NCBI RefSeq assembly: GCF_009914755.1
Contig: NC_060928.1
Strand: one strand, 5' to 3'
DNA length: 64,000 bases
DNA from: the human T2T-CHM13v2.0 reference genome, Homo sapiens
The first letter of the stretch is position 1. The number at the start of each line of letters is the position of its first letter. Shown here piece after piece: positions 1 to 11,144 of this stretch. A program made the position numbers and the translations under genes. The notes beneath the pieces are model-generated. The model did not search any database, was not told the DNA's origin, and saw only the letters and a program-made list of their open reading frames with translations.

Positions 1-124
1 TCAGACATCATGAATATTCTTTGTTATAATCCTGCCATAGGGACTTTGCATTAAAAACAAACAGGAAAAAAAATTCTTCAGTCCCCTCCCTAGCTTCACC
101 TCTTACCAAGAGAGCAGGCTCATG

Positions 125-345
125 ACCTAAGAATCAAATAGGTTCTAGAGTCAGACATACCTGGATTCAAATTCTTGTTCCTCCATTTATTAATACCATA
201 ATTATATGCTTGAATAAGTAAGTTATTAACCACTTCTGGGCCTCAGCTTTCTACTCTAGAAAACAGACACAAAGATATCCCACAGGAACCACTTACAGTG
301 TATGTGACAGGATCTAATATAATACTTAGCAGACATTAGCTGTTC
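125..345 (+). mobile_element. MIR SINE (diverged)
   Basis: MIR-like core 'tagagtcagacatacctggattcaaat...ttaaccacttctgggcctcagctttct'. Confidence 0.65.
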
Positions 346-581
346 CATAAATATTCATTTTGCTTTCCTTAAAAGTCAGTTGGCATACATTTTCAAAATC
401 TGGCTGATTGAACCAGTGTCTCACCAAACATCTTTTCAAATTCTAGAAATCTACTGTAGAAGTTTAGGGTCAAAACAGTGGAGTCATCCTGAATTATCTT
501 GGATAGAAGACATAAACTTTCTAAGTCTATTTCCTTGCCAGTGAGATGAACAGTAACACAGCCTATTTCGCTGGGTGAGAG

Positions 582-799
582 CAGAATTTCTCAGCCTCAG
601 AATTATAGACATTTTGGACGAAATCATTTTTTGTTGTAGGGGGTTGTCTTGACAATTCTATGATATTTAGCAGCATGACAAGCCTCCATCCAATAGATGG
701 CCTAAGTAGCTCCATCCCAAGTCACAACAACCATAAACATCTCCAGACATTGCCCAATTTATTCTGGGGAACAAACTAAGCCTTCATTGAGAACTACTG
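582..799. mobile_element. MER20 hAT-type DNA transposon
   Basis: Ends cag..tttctca / tgagaactactg; internal 'gacattttggac', 'tttagcagcat', 'ctccagacattgcc' resemble MER20. Confidence 0.75.
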
Positions 800-1291
800 G
801 ATTAGAATAAGTAAAGTAACTTGAAAATCACTTAACATAGTACTTAGAACACAGTGATTTTCAATAGATGTTAGTGATTAATTTTTACCCAGGTATAAAA
901 TTAAGGATTGCATTTCTGATTATGTTATCTCTTCAATATTATGCATAAGCATTGGTGACAGTAAAGAAACTGCTCAAAGAGGAGCCAGATTTTTCCATAA
1001 TGACCCCAAAGCCACCAAAAATAAAATGATTAGATACAATTCTTTTGGGCAAATATTCATTTGGACCTTGGGTATAAGGTGATGCTGGCATCCTGCTCTG
1101 CCTGACCTCCTTCTAGGGACCATTCTGTCTTTCCTAGTTGGTGCCATGCTGTGTCTGTGTCTCTTAAAGCAAGGTTACATCATGCTGCTCAGGAAGCAGG
1201 CTGAGCAATGGGAATAGCTCAACTCTGCATTGAGTTATGCCAGTTTGGGCTTCATGCAGGGCTGATGCAGCTTGCACATGGCTATCACTTC

Positions 1292-1536
1292 TTTTTTTTT
1301 ATTCTATTATTATTATACTTTAAGTTTTAGGGTACATGTGCACAACATGCAGGTTTGTTACATATGTATACATGTGCCATGTTGGTGTGGCACATATACA
1401 CCATGGAATACTATGCAGCCATAAAAAATGATGAGTTCATGTCCTTTGTAGGGACATGGATGAAACTGGAAACCATCATTCTCAGCAAACTATCACAAGG
1501 ACAAAAAACCAAACACCGGATGTTCTCACTCATAGG
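1292..1536 (-). mobile_element. L1PA 3' fragment with 5' inversion (twin priming)
   Basis: Poly-T plus antisense L1 3' UTR (1292-1389) joined to a plus-strand L1 ORF2-end/3' UTR piece (1386-1536); 12-bp TSD GGCTATCACTTC at 1280-1291 and 1535-1546. Confidence 0.92.
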
Positions 1537-1865
1537 CTATCACTTCCTTCGGGCTCTCCTTTCTTTCAAAAAGCCTTCTGCCAAATCTACCATGTGACCA
1601 GCATGTGTGCACATCTTCTGTGTACGCTTCAAAAGTGCAGGTGTCACAAATAAATGAGTTCACAATTTAGGATGCTGTTAGTAGATTCCTGACTTTCTCT
1701 GAAAGTTAGAAGTGTATTATAAAAACAAAACTTACATCTATATGTAAGTTGACTGCATCAGACTCACCCCATGGGCATTAGAGTGTGACATTAGTAGTGA
1801 GCCATCAGTAATGTCCCAATAGATCCCACTGACTTGCCACACGTAACACTTGTTTGCATAGACCA

Positions 1866-2565
1866 CAGGACTGCAAACTTCAGCAGCCACTCACTCCCAG
1901 TCAAATCCAGGCCCTCATCTCTTTTCCAAATAAAGTGTTATTGAAACACAGCTACATTCATTTGTTTCATTCATCTATGAGTGTTTCAGGCTACAGTGGC
2001 AATGTTAAGTGGCAGAAACTATATGACCCACAAATCCTAAAATATTTACTACCTAGTTGTGGTAATGTGATAATGACTCCCAAAGTCATTGCTATGTTCT
2101 AACTTGTGAGTGTTACCTTATTTGGGAAGAGTCTTTGCAGGTGTAATAAATAAGTTAAGGATCCTGAGGTGAGATCATTCTGGTGTATCTGGGTAAGCCC
2201 CAAATTACAGCAAAAGTGTCCTTGTCTAAGACAGGTAGAGGGAGATTAGACACACTCAGAGGAGGAAAAGCGAACGTGAAGATAGAAGCAGAGATTGGCG
2301 TGATGTAGCCACAAGCCAAGGAATGTCAAGACATGTTGGCAGCCACCAGACTCTGGAAGAGGCAAGGAAGTGTTCTCCCCCACAGCCTGCCAGGGAGGAT
2401 CCTGGCCCTTCAGAGCCCATGCTGGCACCTTGATTTTGGACTTTTGGCTTCCAGAACTGTGAGAGAATAAATTTCTGTCTGTTAGAAGCCACAAAGTTCA
2501 GGGTAATTTATTACAGTGGTCCCAGGACATTAATACTCTGGCCTTTTATAGAAAAAGTTTTCTGC
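1866..2565. mobile_element. MER58A hAT element interrupted by an MLT1 LTR
   Basis: 'aaataaagtgttattgaaacacagc...cctaaaatatttacta' resumes as 'ctggccttttatagaaaaagttt' after the LTR. Confidence 0.75.
2058..2537 (+). mobile_element. MLT1C/B-like MaLR solo LTR
   Basis: 'gcagagattggcgtgatgtagccacaagccaaggaatg', 'ccagaactgtgagagaataaatttctg', and a terminal taatac. Confidence 0.85.
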
Positions 2566-2689
2566 AACAGGCAAAACCTGTACCAATTAATGCATGTATC
2601 TACTGCCCAACATAAGGAAGAAAATCTTTACACACCTATAAAAGCTATCTGCATACCCTGCCCTGATAACATCTAAATGTGATATTTAC

Positions 2690-3640
2690 CAAGCCTGTGT
2701 ACATCTTTTTACATACATCAATAAGGTATGCATCCAAAGCAAAACAGTATCATTTAGAATATGTTACATTTTACATAAAAGGTATATTTTTATGTAAGCT
2801 TCTAAAAGTTGCTTTTCTAGCTCACTATAATATTTTTAAGATTTATCCACTTTGATACACGAAGCTTTAGTTTCTCTCAATGTTTTAGTATATCACAATT
2901 CCTTTATTTACTCTCCTATGGATGGACACTAAAGTATTTCTCATTCTCATTATGATGAAGACTACTGCTATACTTTGAGTGTGTCCCCCACAATTCACGT
3001 GCTGGAAATGGGGTTCTTGGAGTGGCAATGTTGGCTGGTGGGTTGTTGAGAGGTGATTAGGGCATTAAGAGGAATTAATGTCACTCTTGAGGGACTGGGT
3101 TAATTCTCAGAGCAGTAAGTGAATGAGTTCTCGCTCTTGCAGGACTAGCTCCGTTACTGAAAAGAGTGGGTTGCTATAAAGCAAGGCCGCCCCTCACACG
3201 TTGTCTCTTTCACACACACTAGCTTGGTCTTCCGCTTTTCCACCATGTTATGAGGCAGTACGAAAGCCTTCACCAGAAGCTGCCACCATGTTCTTGGACT
3301 TTCTAGCCTCCAGAACTACTAGCCAAAATAAACCTTTTTATTGCTACAAATTATCCAGCCTCAGGTATTCTGTTACAGAAACAGAAAACAGAGGAAGACA
3401 AGTACTATTATGTACTTTCTTATATACGTCTCTTATGCACAATTGTAAAAATAACTCCAGGATTTTTATTTAGAAATGAACTTTATGGGGAATGTGTCTC
3501 TTCAGCTTTATGATGTCAATTGCCTTTGAAACGAATTCAATAAATTACACTGCAATCAGTAGTGTTTCTGTGTTCCTGTTTCCCCAATCCTCACCAACCC
3601 TTGACATAAGCAGATTTTTAAATATTTTTTCCATGTGTAT
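2690..3640 (-). mobile_element. Old L1M (L1ME-like) fragment interrupted by an MST LTR
   Basis: Degenerate antisense L1M motifs ('aagatttatccac', 'gatggacact', 'gttcctgtttccccaatcctcaccaac'). Confidence 0.55.
2966..3400 (+). mobile_element. MST (MSTB/C-like) MaLR solo LTR
   Basis: TG...CA ends; 5-bp TSD actac/agtac; 'aaataaaccttt...aaattatccagcctcaggtattctgtta'. Confidence 0.85.
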
Positions 3641-5546
3641 GAAGTAAGCATCTGCTCTTTAGAGTAAAGCTTGCCTTAGTACACAATAATAATGTTTTAT
3701 AAATGTTAACTCCCCAACTTCATACTCACAGTGGAAATAAGGAAGCAAGTTTATGATAGAAAAAATACCAAAAATAATAACAAAAGAATTTTTAAAGACA
3801 TAGTTTAAATTGTATCTGGTATACAGTTGAAGAATCGGCAAAAACACATTGGATTCACTGTGTGGGACTTTACGTCAACCATTTTAACTCTTGTGCAAAC
3901 TTTTTTTGTTCATTAAATGGGAGGTTACTCTCTCTGTGGCCCCTTCCTGCTCCAAAAGTCTCTGCCTGTAATAAAAAATAATAAAAATAAATAGAATTCC
4001 AAGCAAAGTTCACAATTCTATCACTTTAATGCCTCTTTTCTTCAGAATATATGAACACTTGCACAAAAGAGTCATATATCCTTTGGGTGGTTTTCTGCTG
4101 TATCTGCCTACCTCTACAAAGCAGGAACTATTCCACACTTCCCCTCATTCCTTCAGCTCCAGCTATCCTGGCCTTCTTTCATTCCCTATTGCTCCAAGAG
4201 GCAACATTCTTGCCACTGTATGACTAGCTAATCCCTACCCTCCTTCAGGTCTTGGCTCAAGTGTCACCTGTTTAAGGAATCCTTCCCCAAGCTCCCCGTC
4301 AAGATCAAATTCCCCTGTGATGGCTTCCTATGCAACACACTTATCCTTGTAATACAGGCAAGCCCATTATTAGGCAATAAATGAGGTTCACCATTCAATC
4401 ATATAAAATGTGGGATCATGTTAGAGTGAAGTTTGTGGAAAACCGTTACTTTTCAGTTTCTCTTTACTGTCACAGAAGGCAGAAAGATAAACACAGTGAA
4501 AGGTATCTGGAATACAACGGACTGAACTAAGAGTTCCCAACAATAATGAGATTGGAGAGGAAGTTAGGGATCATTCAGTTCCTTATAAGGTTTAGGAAGG
4601 ATTTTAGAGCTTATTCTCAATTTAATCAGAAATCATTTTATTTCTACAGTGTCTTATTATATTTTTCTTCCGCAATCATAAAGTAGTTGAAAAAACTACT
4701 GAACTACCCTTCAACTCCTTAATGAGGTTTGCCCTAAGAAATTAAGAACTGGAAATTGAGAATGGAGAATGAACACTGGATCAAGCATCAAAGTCAACTA
4801 TGTTATAACTGGTTCTACAACTCCGAGTTTGTGTGTTATGGGATACGTTTTCTTGAGTTTTAGTCCACATGAACTCTAGTTTATGTGTCATTAGATTAAT
4901 GTCCATCTTATTACCTGAAAATTAAACTTCAGGAAGGTAGGATTTGGTGTAAATACAGAGTAAATGTTCAGTAATCACTAGTTGAAAGGAAATGAAAAGA
5001 AAAAAAGAACCATATCAATAGTTTATTACTGGGAGAGAAAAAGAGAATAGGACACTATAGAAATAATACACTTTATCATTAAATTTAGGATAAGCTTCAA
5101 AGTCCTTTCTAAACCCTCTAAGGGACTGAATGATGCCTACCCTCTCTCCAGTCTTATATTCCCGTGCCCCTCACTCATCATCCTCCAGCCAAGTAAATGT
5201 CTCTGAATTCTTCAGTCAGCCCAGGCTTCTCCCCCTGCCTGGAATTTTCTTCTCCCACATCTTTACTTAAGGGTCTCCTCATCTTTCTCACCTTGTCTTA
5301 CACATCACCTCCTCAGAGAAACTCCATCTGAAAAGCCTATTTAAGCCTAACCTACCCATACCTCCAAATCCAGTTATTACTTTCTGCTGCTTGTTTATTT
5401 CATAGTCTTCTTTCTAGGCTTAGACACGTTTCTTAATTTGCTTTGGGTTTACTCGTGTGTTAACTTCTTTATGTATGCAAGCTGCATTAAGGCTTACCTC
5501 TTTGTATTCTCAACTCCTATCACAATAACTGGTTCAGAACACATAC

Positions 5547-5913
5547 TGTATTAGTTTGTTTTCATGCTGCTGATAAAAACATACCTGATACTGGGTAACT
5601 TATAAAGAAAAAGAGGTTTAATGAATTCACAGTTCCAAGTGGATGGGGAGGCCTCACAATCATGGTGGAAGGCAAAAGTCACATCTTACATGGCGACAGG
5701 CAAAGAGAGAATGAGAGCCAAGCAAAAGGGGTTTCCCCTTATGAAGCCATCAGATAGATCTCATGAGACTTATTCACTACCACGAGGATAGTATGGGGGA
5801 AACTGCCCCCATGATTCAATTATCTCCCACCAGGTCCCTCCCACAACATGTGGGAATTGTGGGAGCTACAATTCATGATGAGATTTGGGCAGGGACACAG
5901 CCAAACCATATCA
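5547..5913 (-). mobile_element. THE1B-like solo LTR
   Basis: tgtattagt...cagccaaaccatatca, the reverse complement of THE1; perfect TSD catac at 5542-5546 and 5914-5918. Confidence 0.93.
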
Positions 5914-7392
5914 CATACTTAATAAACATTAGGTGAATAAACAAACGAAGATGATGCTACCCTGAAAGCATAGTTACCTGTGCAGGGGGAGGGCACAGAG
6001 CTCATAAGGAGAACTCAGAGGAACTACGGTGTCTCTCTCTGATAAAAGGCTCAAACACTGACACATCTACCCAAAAGAAGGAGATGAGGTCAGGTAATAT
6101 CCAATCTTCTCTTCCAGCCAGCAGGACAGCCAGCTGTAGTCATCAGCATCAATGCAAATGTGTTGTCTATAAGGTCTAAATTACATCAATTTATCATCAA
6201 ACTAAAATTTAAAACATTTTTCAAGAAAAATACACAAGCAAAACATACGAAAGTATTTTATTCCAAGCAGCTTACATGATTTCTCATGAAATTCTGGGTC
6301 TTTTCAAGGTCATCAGAAAACAAAACCAAGCAGACTGGAGGCTTCTACATATCCAGTCTCCTGATTTCATCATAGAATTAAATATAAGGCCTCATTTAGG
6401 AGGATCTTGTGAAGCCCCAGAGATTCCCTCAAAATTCATTCTGAAATTACAGACTTTAGTTCTAAAAACAACCATGATTAAGCATGACATCTACAGATGC
6501 TTGCTCTTCAATAAAGCTGTAATTTGGGAAAAATCAAAGCCATAAGGCACTAAATTATATAAGGGAGGCTTTTCATTACTCTCTAATCTAGCTCACTCTG
6601 AGTTAAGAGGCAAATGAAATTTGATTATTCGGCCAGTTACTTTTCAGCTTCTGTGTTTAATTTACTTTTTCTCAGAAGATTAAAAAAGTCACACGAACTA
6701 TTATTAAATGTAGATTTGAACTTGAGTTTGCTTTTTTAAGATCATTTGTTAAGTGATTAGTATTTTTAAGGGGCCGAGGCCATTCATTTACTATGATTTA
6801 CCCTAGCTTAGTCAATAAGATGCCTTAATTAAAGTATAGCTGAAATCTGCTATTCATTTTTTAAAATAGCTATTCCAAATAAAAGTGGAAAGCAACCTTA
6901 TTTTTTATTGACTGTTTACAGTTTCTTTTTTTTTCTAGTGCATACAATGAGTTGACAGCCTCAACTAACCAAAGAACTAATTTAATATTTAAAAAGATCA
7001 ATTTTGGCAACTTTAGAACCTTCAAATCGAAAAGTCCTCTTTACAAAAAAGGAGTTCAAACAATAGTCTCCACTAAGGTGTTGCTGTTTTTAATTAAGAT
7101 ATGAAAGATGGAAGGTTTATAAAAAGATAGCCAACCCCTAACATCTACTGCAATGTTCCTATACTTGTCAATTAGACAAGATACAAGTTTTCTGTGCATA
7201 ATGTGGCAGCTATTTACATATTCTACAAAAATGTTTTAATGGATTTACAAAGAAAAAGAAAACTGGTTAGAAGATTCTCTCATTTTAACTGTCTAGTACT
7301 TCCTAACATCTATGTCCATGCAATGAAACCACCTGAGCTTTAAAATGAAGACAAAAAGAGAGTGAGAATTTTTTACAACTCCAATCCTGAGA

Positions 7393-7439
7393 GGCGCTTG
7401 ACTTTTTTTTTTTTTTTTTTTTTTGGCACTTGACTTTTT
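7393..7439 (-). repeat. T22 tract flanked by a 15-bp direct repeat (poly(A)-only insertion candidate)
   Basis: ggcgcttgacttttt (7393-7407) and ggcacttgacttttt (7425-7439) around T run 7403-7424. Confidence 0.75.
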
Positions 7440-7492
7440 GAGATGGGATTTCTGAAAATATTCCTAAGTTCTGAAAGGCAGAAAGAATTGAT

Positions 7493-7495
<3 letters not shown>

Positions 7496-7525
<30 letters not shown>
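7496..7525. repeat. (CA)15 microsatellite
   Basis: Read directly from sequence. Confidence 0.97.
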
Positions 7526-7529
<4 letters not shown>

Positions 7530-8063
7530 CTGGTATTGGTGATGTACCTGCTAGACCCCTGCCCAGTATCATCAGCAATAGCAGGGTCCTTTAGTACTTG
7601 GTGCTTGGTCCCATCTTGTAATTCAATCATTAATGATTTCATGGATCCTAATTCAGGCACAGCCCTCCAGACTTCATCAGTACAGACACGGATTCTTCAT
7701 CATCATTGCCTGTTCGGCCAAGATATAATCTCTCTTTTTAGTTCTTGCTCTTTCACATAAAAATTCCCTTTACATCTGAAGATACTAATACATACTTTCA
7801 TGTCACTAATTCTACAACATTTGCAAAGCACTAACTCACCCTCACTGATCTCCTGGCTTCCTAAAAATTAGGTGGTAACATTTCTTTATCTCTTTTACAT
7901 CAGGCAATTGCCTTGTGCTATAACCATAACTGCAACATTATTTCTGTGATAACTCACCGAGAGCATCCCTGGCTTTTCAAAACTCTCATTTTTTAAACTG
8001 TAATGAACACTTATCAAATCCCTATTATGTGCTGAATATTGTTATGGGTATTGGGGATACAAA

Positions 8064-8135
8064 GATGATTATGATATTGTCCCTGTGTTCAAGGGGTTTG
8101 ATGACTATGGTATTGTCCCTGTGTTCAAGGGGTTT
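8064..8135. repeat. 36-bp tandem duplication (2 copies)
   Basis: gatgattatgatattgtccctgtgttcaaggggttt / gatgactatggtattgtccctgtgttcaaggggttt. Confidence 0.95.
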
Positions 8136-8189
8136 ATTATATAGTCAGGAAAATGGAGAATCTGACTGATGTTTTTAGCAGTGTGTGAA

Positions 8190-8900
8190 AAGTTTCATCA
8201 TTTATTTACTCAGCAACTATTTGAGCACCTCATATGCATTAGTCTCCATATTAAGTGTCAGGTATACAATGGTGAAGAAATCAGTTCTGGTTTTTGTCCA
8301 CATGTTCATGGAGTTTACAATCTAGTGTAGGAAACAAACAATAAGCACTGAAGTAAGCACAATTTTAAAAGTCAAATCGATGTTAGAGCTATGACAGAAA
8401 TAATGTGGATAAAGAAATACAATATACTGGAAGGGGTAGGGCTCAACAGTGAGGCGTCTATGAAGGTTTCCCCAGGAAGGTGAGGTAGGAGCAGATCTGG
8501 AAACACAGAATGAGCTGGCCATGTGCAAAGGTCCTGAGACTGAAAGAAGGGTGGCATAGCTTAAGGATAGGAAAGGGCAAGGCCAGTGTGACTAAAGCTT
8601 AACAGAGAAAGCAAAGAGTGGTGCAAGATGAAATGGAGAGGTAGAAGACAGATCATATATTACATTATATGTTTTATATAATATAATATATATAACATAA
8701 TATAATATACAGAGAGACATAATATATATTCCCTTCATTGCAATAAGAAGCCATTGAAATTCTTTTAGGTTGTGGACTATATTTACATATTTTTAAAATT
8801 CCCCTCTGAATATCATGTAGAGAGTAAACTGAAGAAGACAGGAGTGGGGGCTATTGTGGTAATCTAGGTAATAATGGTGGGTTAGACCATCTACTCATTT
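8190..8900 (-). mobile_element. L2 LINE 3' region (diverged)
   Basis: 'tttactcagcaactatttgagcacct', 'atgtgcaaaggtcctgag', 'ggccagtgtgact' are antisense L2 motifs. Confidence 0.7.
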
Positions 8901-8919
8901 AGCAAAAACAATCACTAAC

Positions 8920-9466
8920 CTATGGTGCCTTTGAATGTGCCCCCTCCAAAATGCAGGTGTTGCAACCTGCATTTTAATAGTATTAAGTAGTGGGCCTTTA
9001 AAAGGTTGTTAGGCCATAAGAATGCTTTCCTTTGAATGTTTCTTATAAAAAAGGGGTTTGGTAGCCAGGCATGGTGGTACATGCCTGCAGACCAGCTACT
9101 TGGGAGGCTGAGGCAAGAGGATTTCTCGAGTCCAGGAGTTGGGGGCTGCAGTGAGCTATGATGCTACAACTGCACTCCAGCCTGGTGACAGAGTGAGACC
9201 TTGATTTGTATTTTGTTTTTTTTTTCTTTTTCCTTTTTTTTTTTAAAGGTATTTGGCTCTCTTGCCCTTCTGCCTTCTGCCATGTGAGGACACAGTATTC
9301 CTCCCCACCATGAGGGGAGCCATCTTGGAAGCAGAGAGTGGCCTTCACAAGCAACCTCTCTGATCTTGGACTTGCCAGCCTCCAGAACTGTGAGAAATAA
9401 ATTTCTGTTCTTTACAAATTATGTATTTCAGATATTTTGTTATAGCCACACAGACAAATTAAGACA
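8920..9466 (+). mobile_element. MST-like MaLR LTR interrupted by an Alu monomer
   Basis: 'gccatgtgaggacacag', 'gccatcttggaagcagaga', 'cagcctccagaactgtgagaaataaatttctg', terminal taagaca. Confidence 0.8.
9063..9244 (+). mobile_element. Alu monomer (FRAM or AluJ right arm) with a T-rich rather than A-rich tail
   Basis: Alu right-arm sequence 9063-9204; T tract 9205-9244; degenerate TSD aaaggggtttgg / aaaggtatttgg. Confidence 0.85.
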
Positions 9467-10941
9467 AGCAATTTCTTGTGCCAAGCATTGAACTAGGATT
9501 TGGCACTGAATAAGCAAAATCCTTGCTATGACAAAGCCATCAGTCTAGTTGGAGAAACAAAAGACAACTGAAGTAATCGAATAAGCATTACATGTTGTGT
9601 GATAACAAGGACTATTGAAAAAAATATGGCAGGGTAAGAGATTATAGCATTTGGGAGTGTTGATGGGGTTATGTTCTGAGTGTAACAGAGAATCACAGAG
9701 TGGTCTAAATCAGCCTGGGGAGGGAATGAAGACTTCTGAGAAGAGAAAACACTTGAGCATAAGTGGGATAGTCCAAATAATATAAGGATGGGGAGATAGG
9801 TGGAGGGATGTAGGAAAGTGGATGTAGAGGAAGATTTCAGGAACCACACCCCCAAGGCTTGAATGAAAGTTTCAGTGTAGAGAGCCAAGGAAGACAAGAC
9901 TAGAGCCAGCAGAGGCCACCGCATGAAACAAAGGCCTGTGCAAAGCTGAGAATTTGGCCCTTCATCCAAGAGCTATGGAAAGGGCTTCAAGCAGGTGAAT
10001 AAATTAGAACTATCAAGTTTGGCATTATGGAAGATGGTTAGGAAGGAAGTCACTAGAAGACAAGGAAGTCAGTAGGCAAACATTGAGCATAAGCCAAAAG
10101 ATGATGGTGCCTGTTAAAGTAGTGGGAAAGAGGGAGATCTGAGAGATATCAAGTATGTAGAATGGACAGAACTTATCACACTGCTTGGATGTGTGCATAG
10201 GGGTGGGTGGTGGAAGGGAGAATAGTCTAGTGGACCACGTTGTGAGATGCAAAATCCCTTACAACCTGCTCTTTCTATATGCTCTGACCTCACCTATGCC
10301 AGTTCTTCCACACCCTGTGACATTACCAGTGTTCTGTCAGCCCCTGGACATGCCAGGCTCCTTCTCAGCTCATGGTCTCTGCACCATGTGTCTCTCTGTC
10401 TAAAATGCTTCCCCCAGGCCTTTGCTGGTTTATCCCTTCTCTTCAGGCAGGTCTTTCTGCTCACATGTCACCCACCTAAAAAGCGCTTCCCTGATCATCC
10501 TAGGCCGATCTTGATTACACTTCATCACCTGCTCCTCTCTTGCAAATCATCTTACTTTTAAATCACATACATGTTAATTTGCTCAGAAGTTGGTTTATCC
10601 ACATTTCTGTTTATATGTTTATTTACATATATGGGGAGAGTCACCGCTGAGCTCCCCAAGAGCAGTGGCATCACCTTCAAGGTTTACCACTCTGTTCCCA
10701 ACCCCTTGCAAATCCTCAATAAATATTTTTTGAATGAATGGATGGATGAGCAGAGGAACTGGGTAACAAATTACATACAGGGCTTAAAGCTTAGTAGTGA
10801 AGCTGCCAAGTATGAAAGGTTCTTTTTTTTGGAGACACACAAATTAAAAACAGAAAGGTACGCATTTGAAAAAAAAATCAAAAGAAGAAAAAGACAAAAA
10901 TGAGAGCAGTTGAATCTTATAATAAAATGTTTACTTCAGAC

Positions 10942-11144
10942 CAGGGTGCTGTAGCGGCACAGAGAGTCAGTATTTTAGGCTTTGCAAGCCGTAAGGACAC
11001 TGCTGTAACTACTCAACTCTGCTGTTATAAACATAAAGCTGCCACAGACAACACATAAACAAATGGACATGCCAGTGTTACAATAAAATTTTACTCACAA
11101 AATTGGCTGAAATTGGCCAGAGAGGGATGGTTTGCTGACTCCTG
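10942..11144. mobile_element. MER58A hAT element
   Basis: cagg...cctg termini; degenerate 8-bp TSD cttcagac/ctttatac; 'tattttaggctttgc', 'ctactcaactctgc'. Confidence 0.8.

Noticed and set aside
1355-1653. 80- and 65-aa ORFs (also 21035-21259, 27241-27441, 27532-27843)
   Set aside because: Translations of L1 ORF2-end/3' UTR fragments, not host genes.
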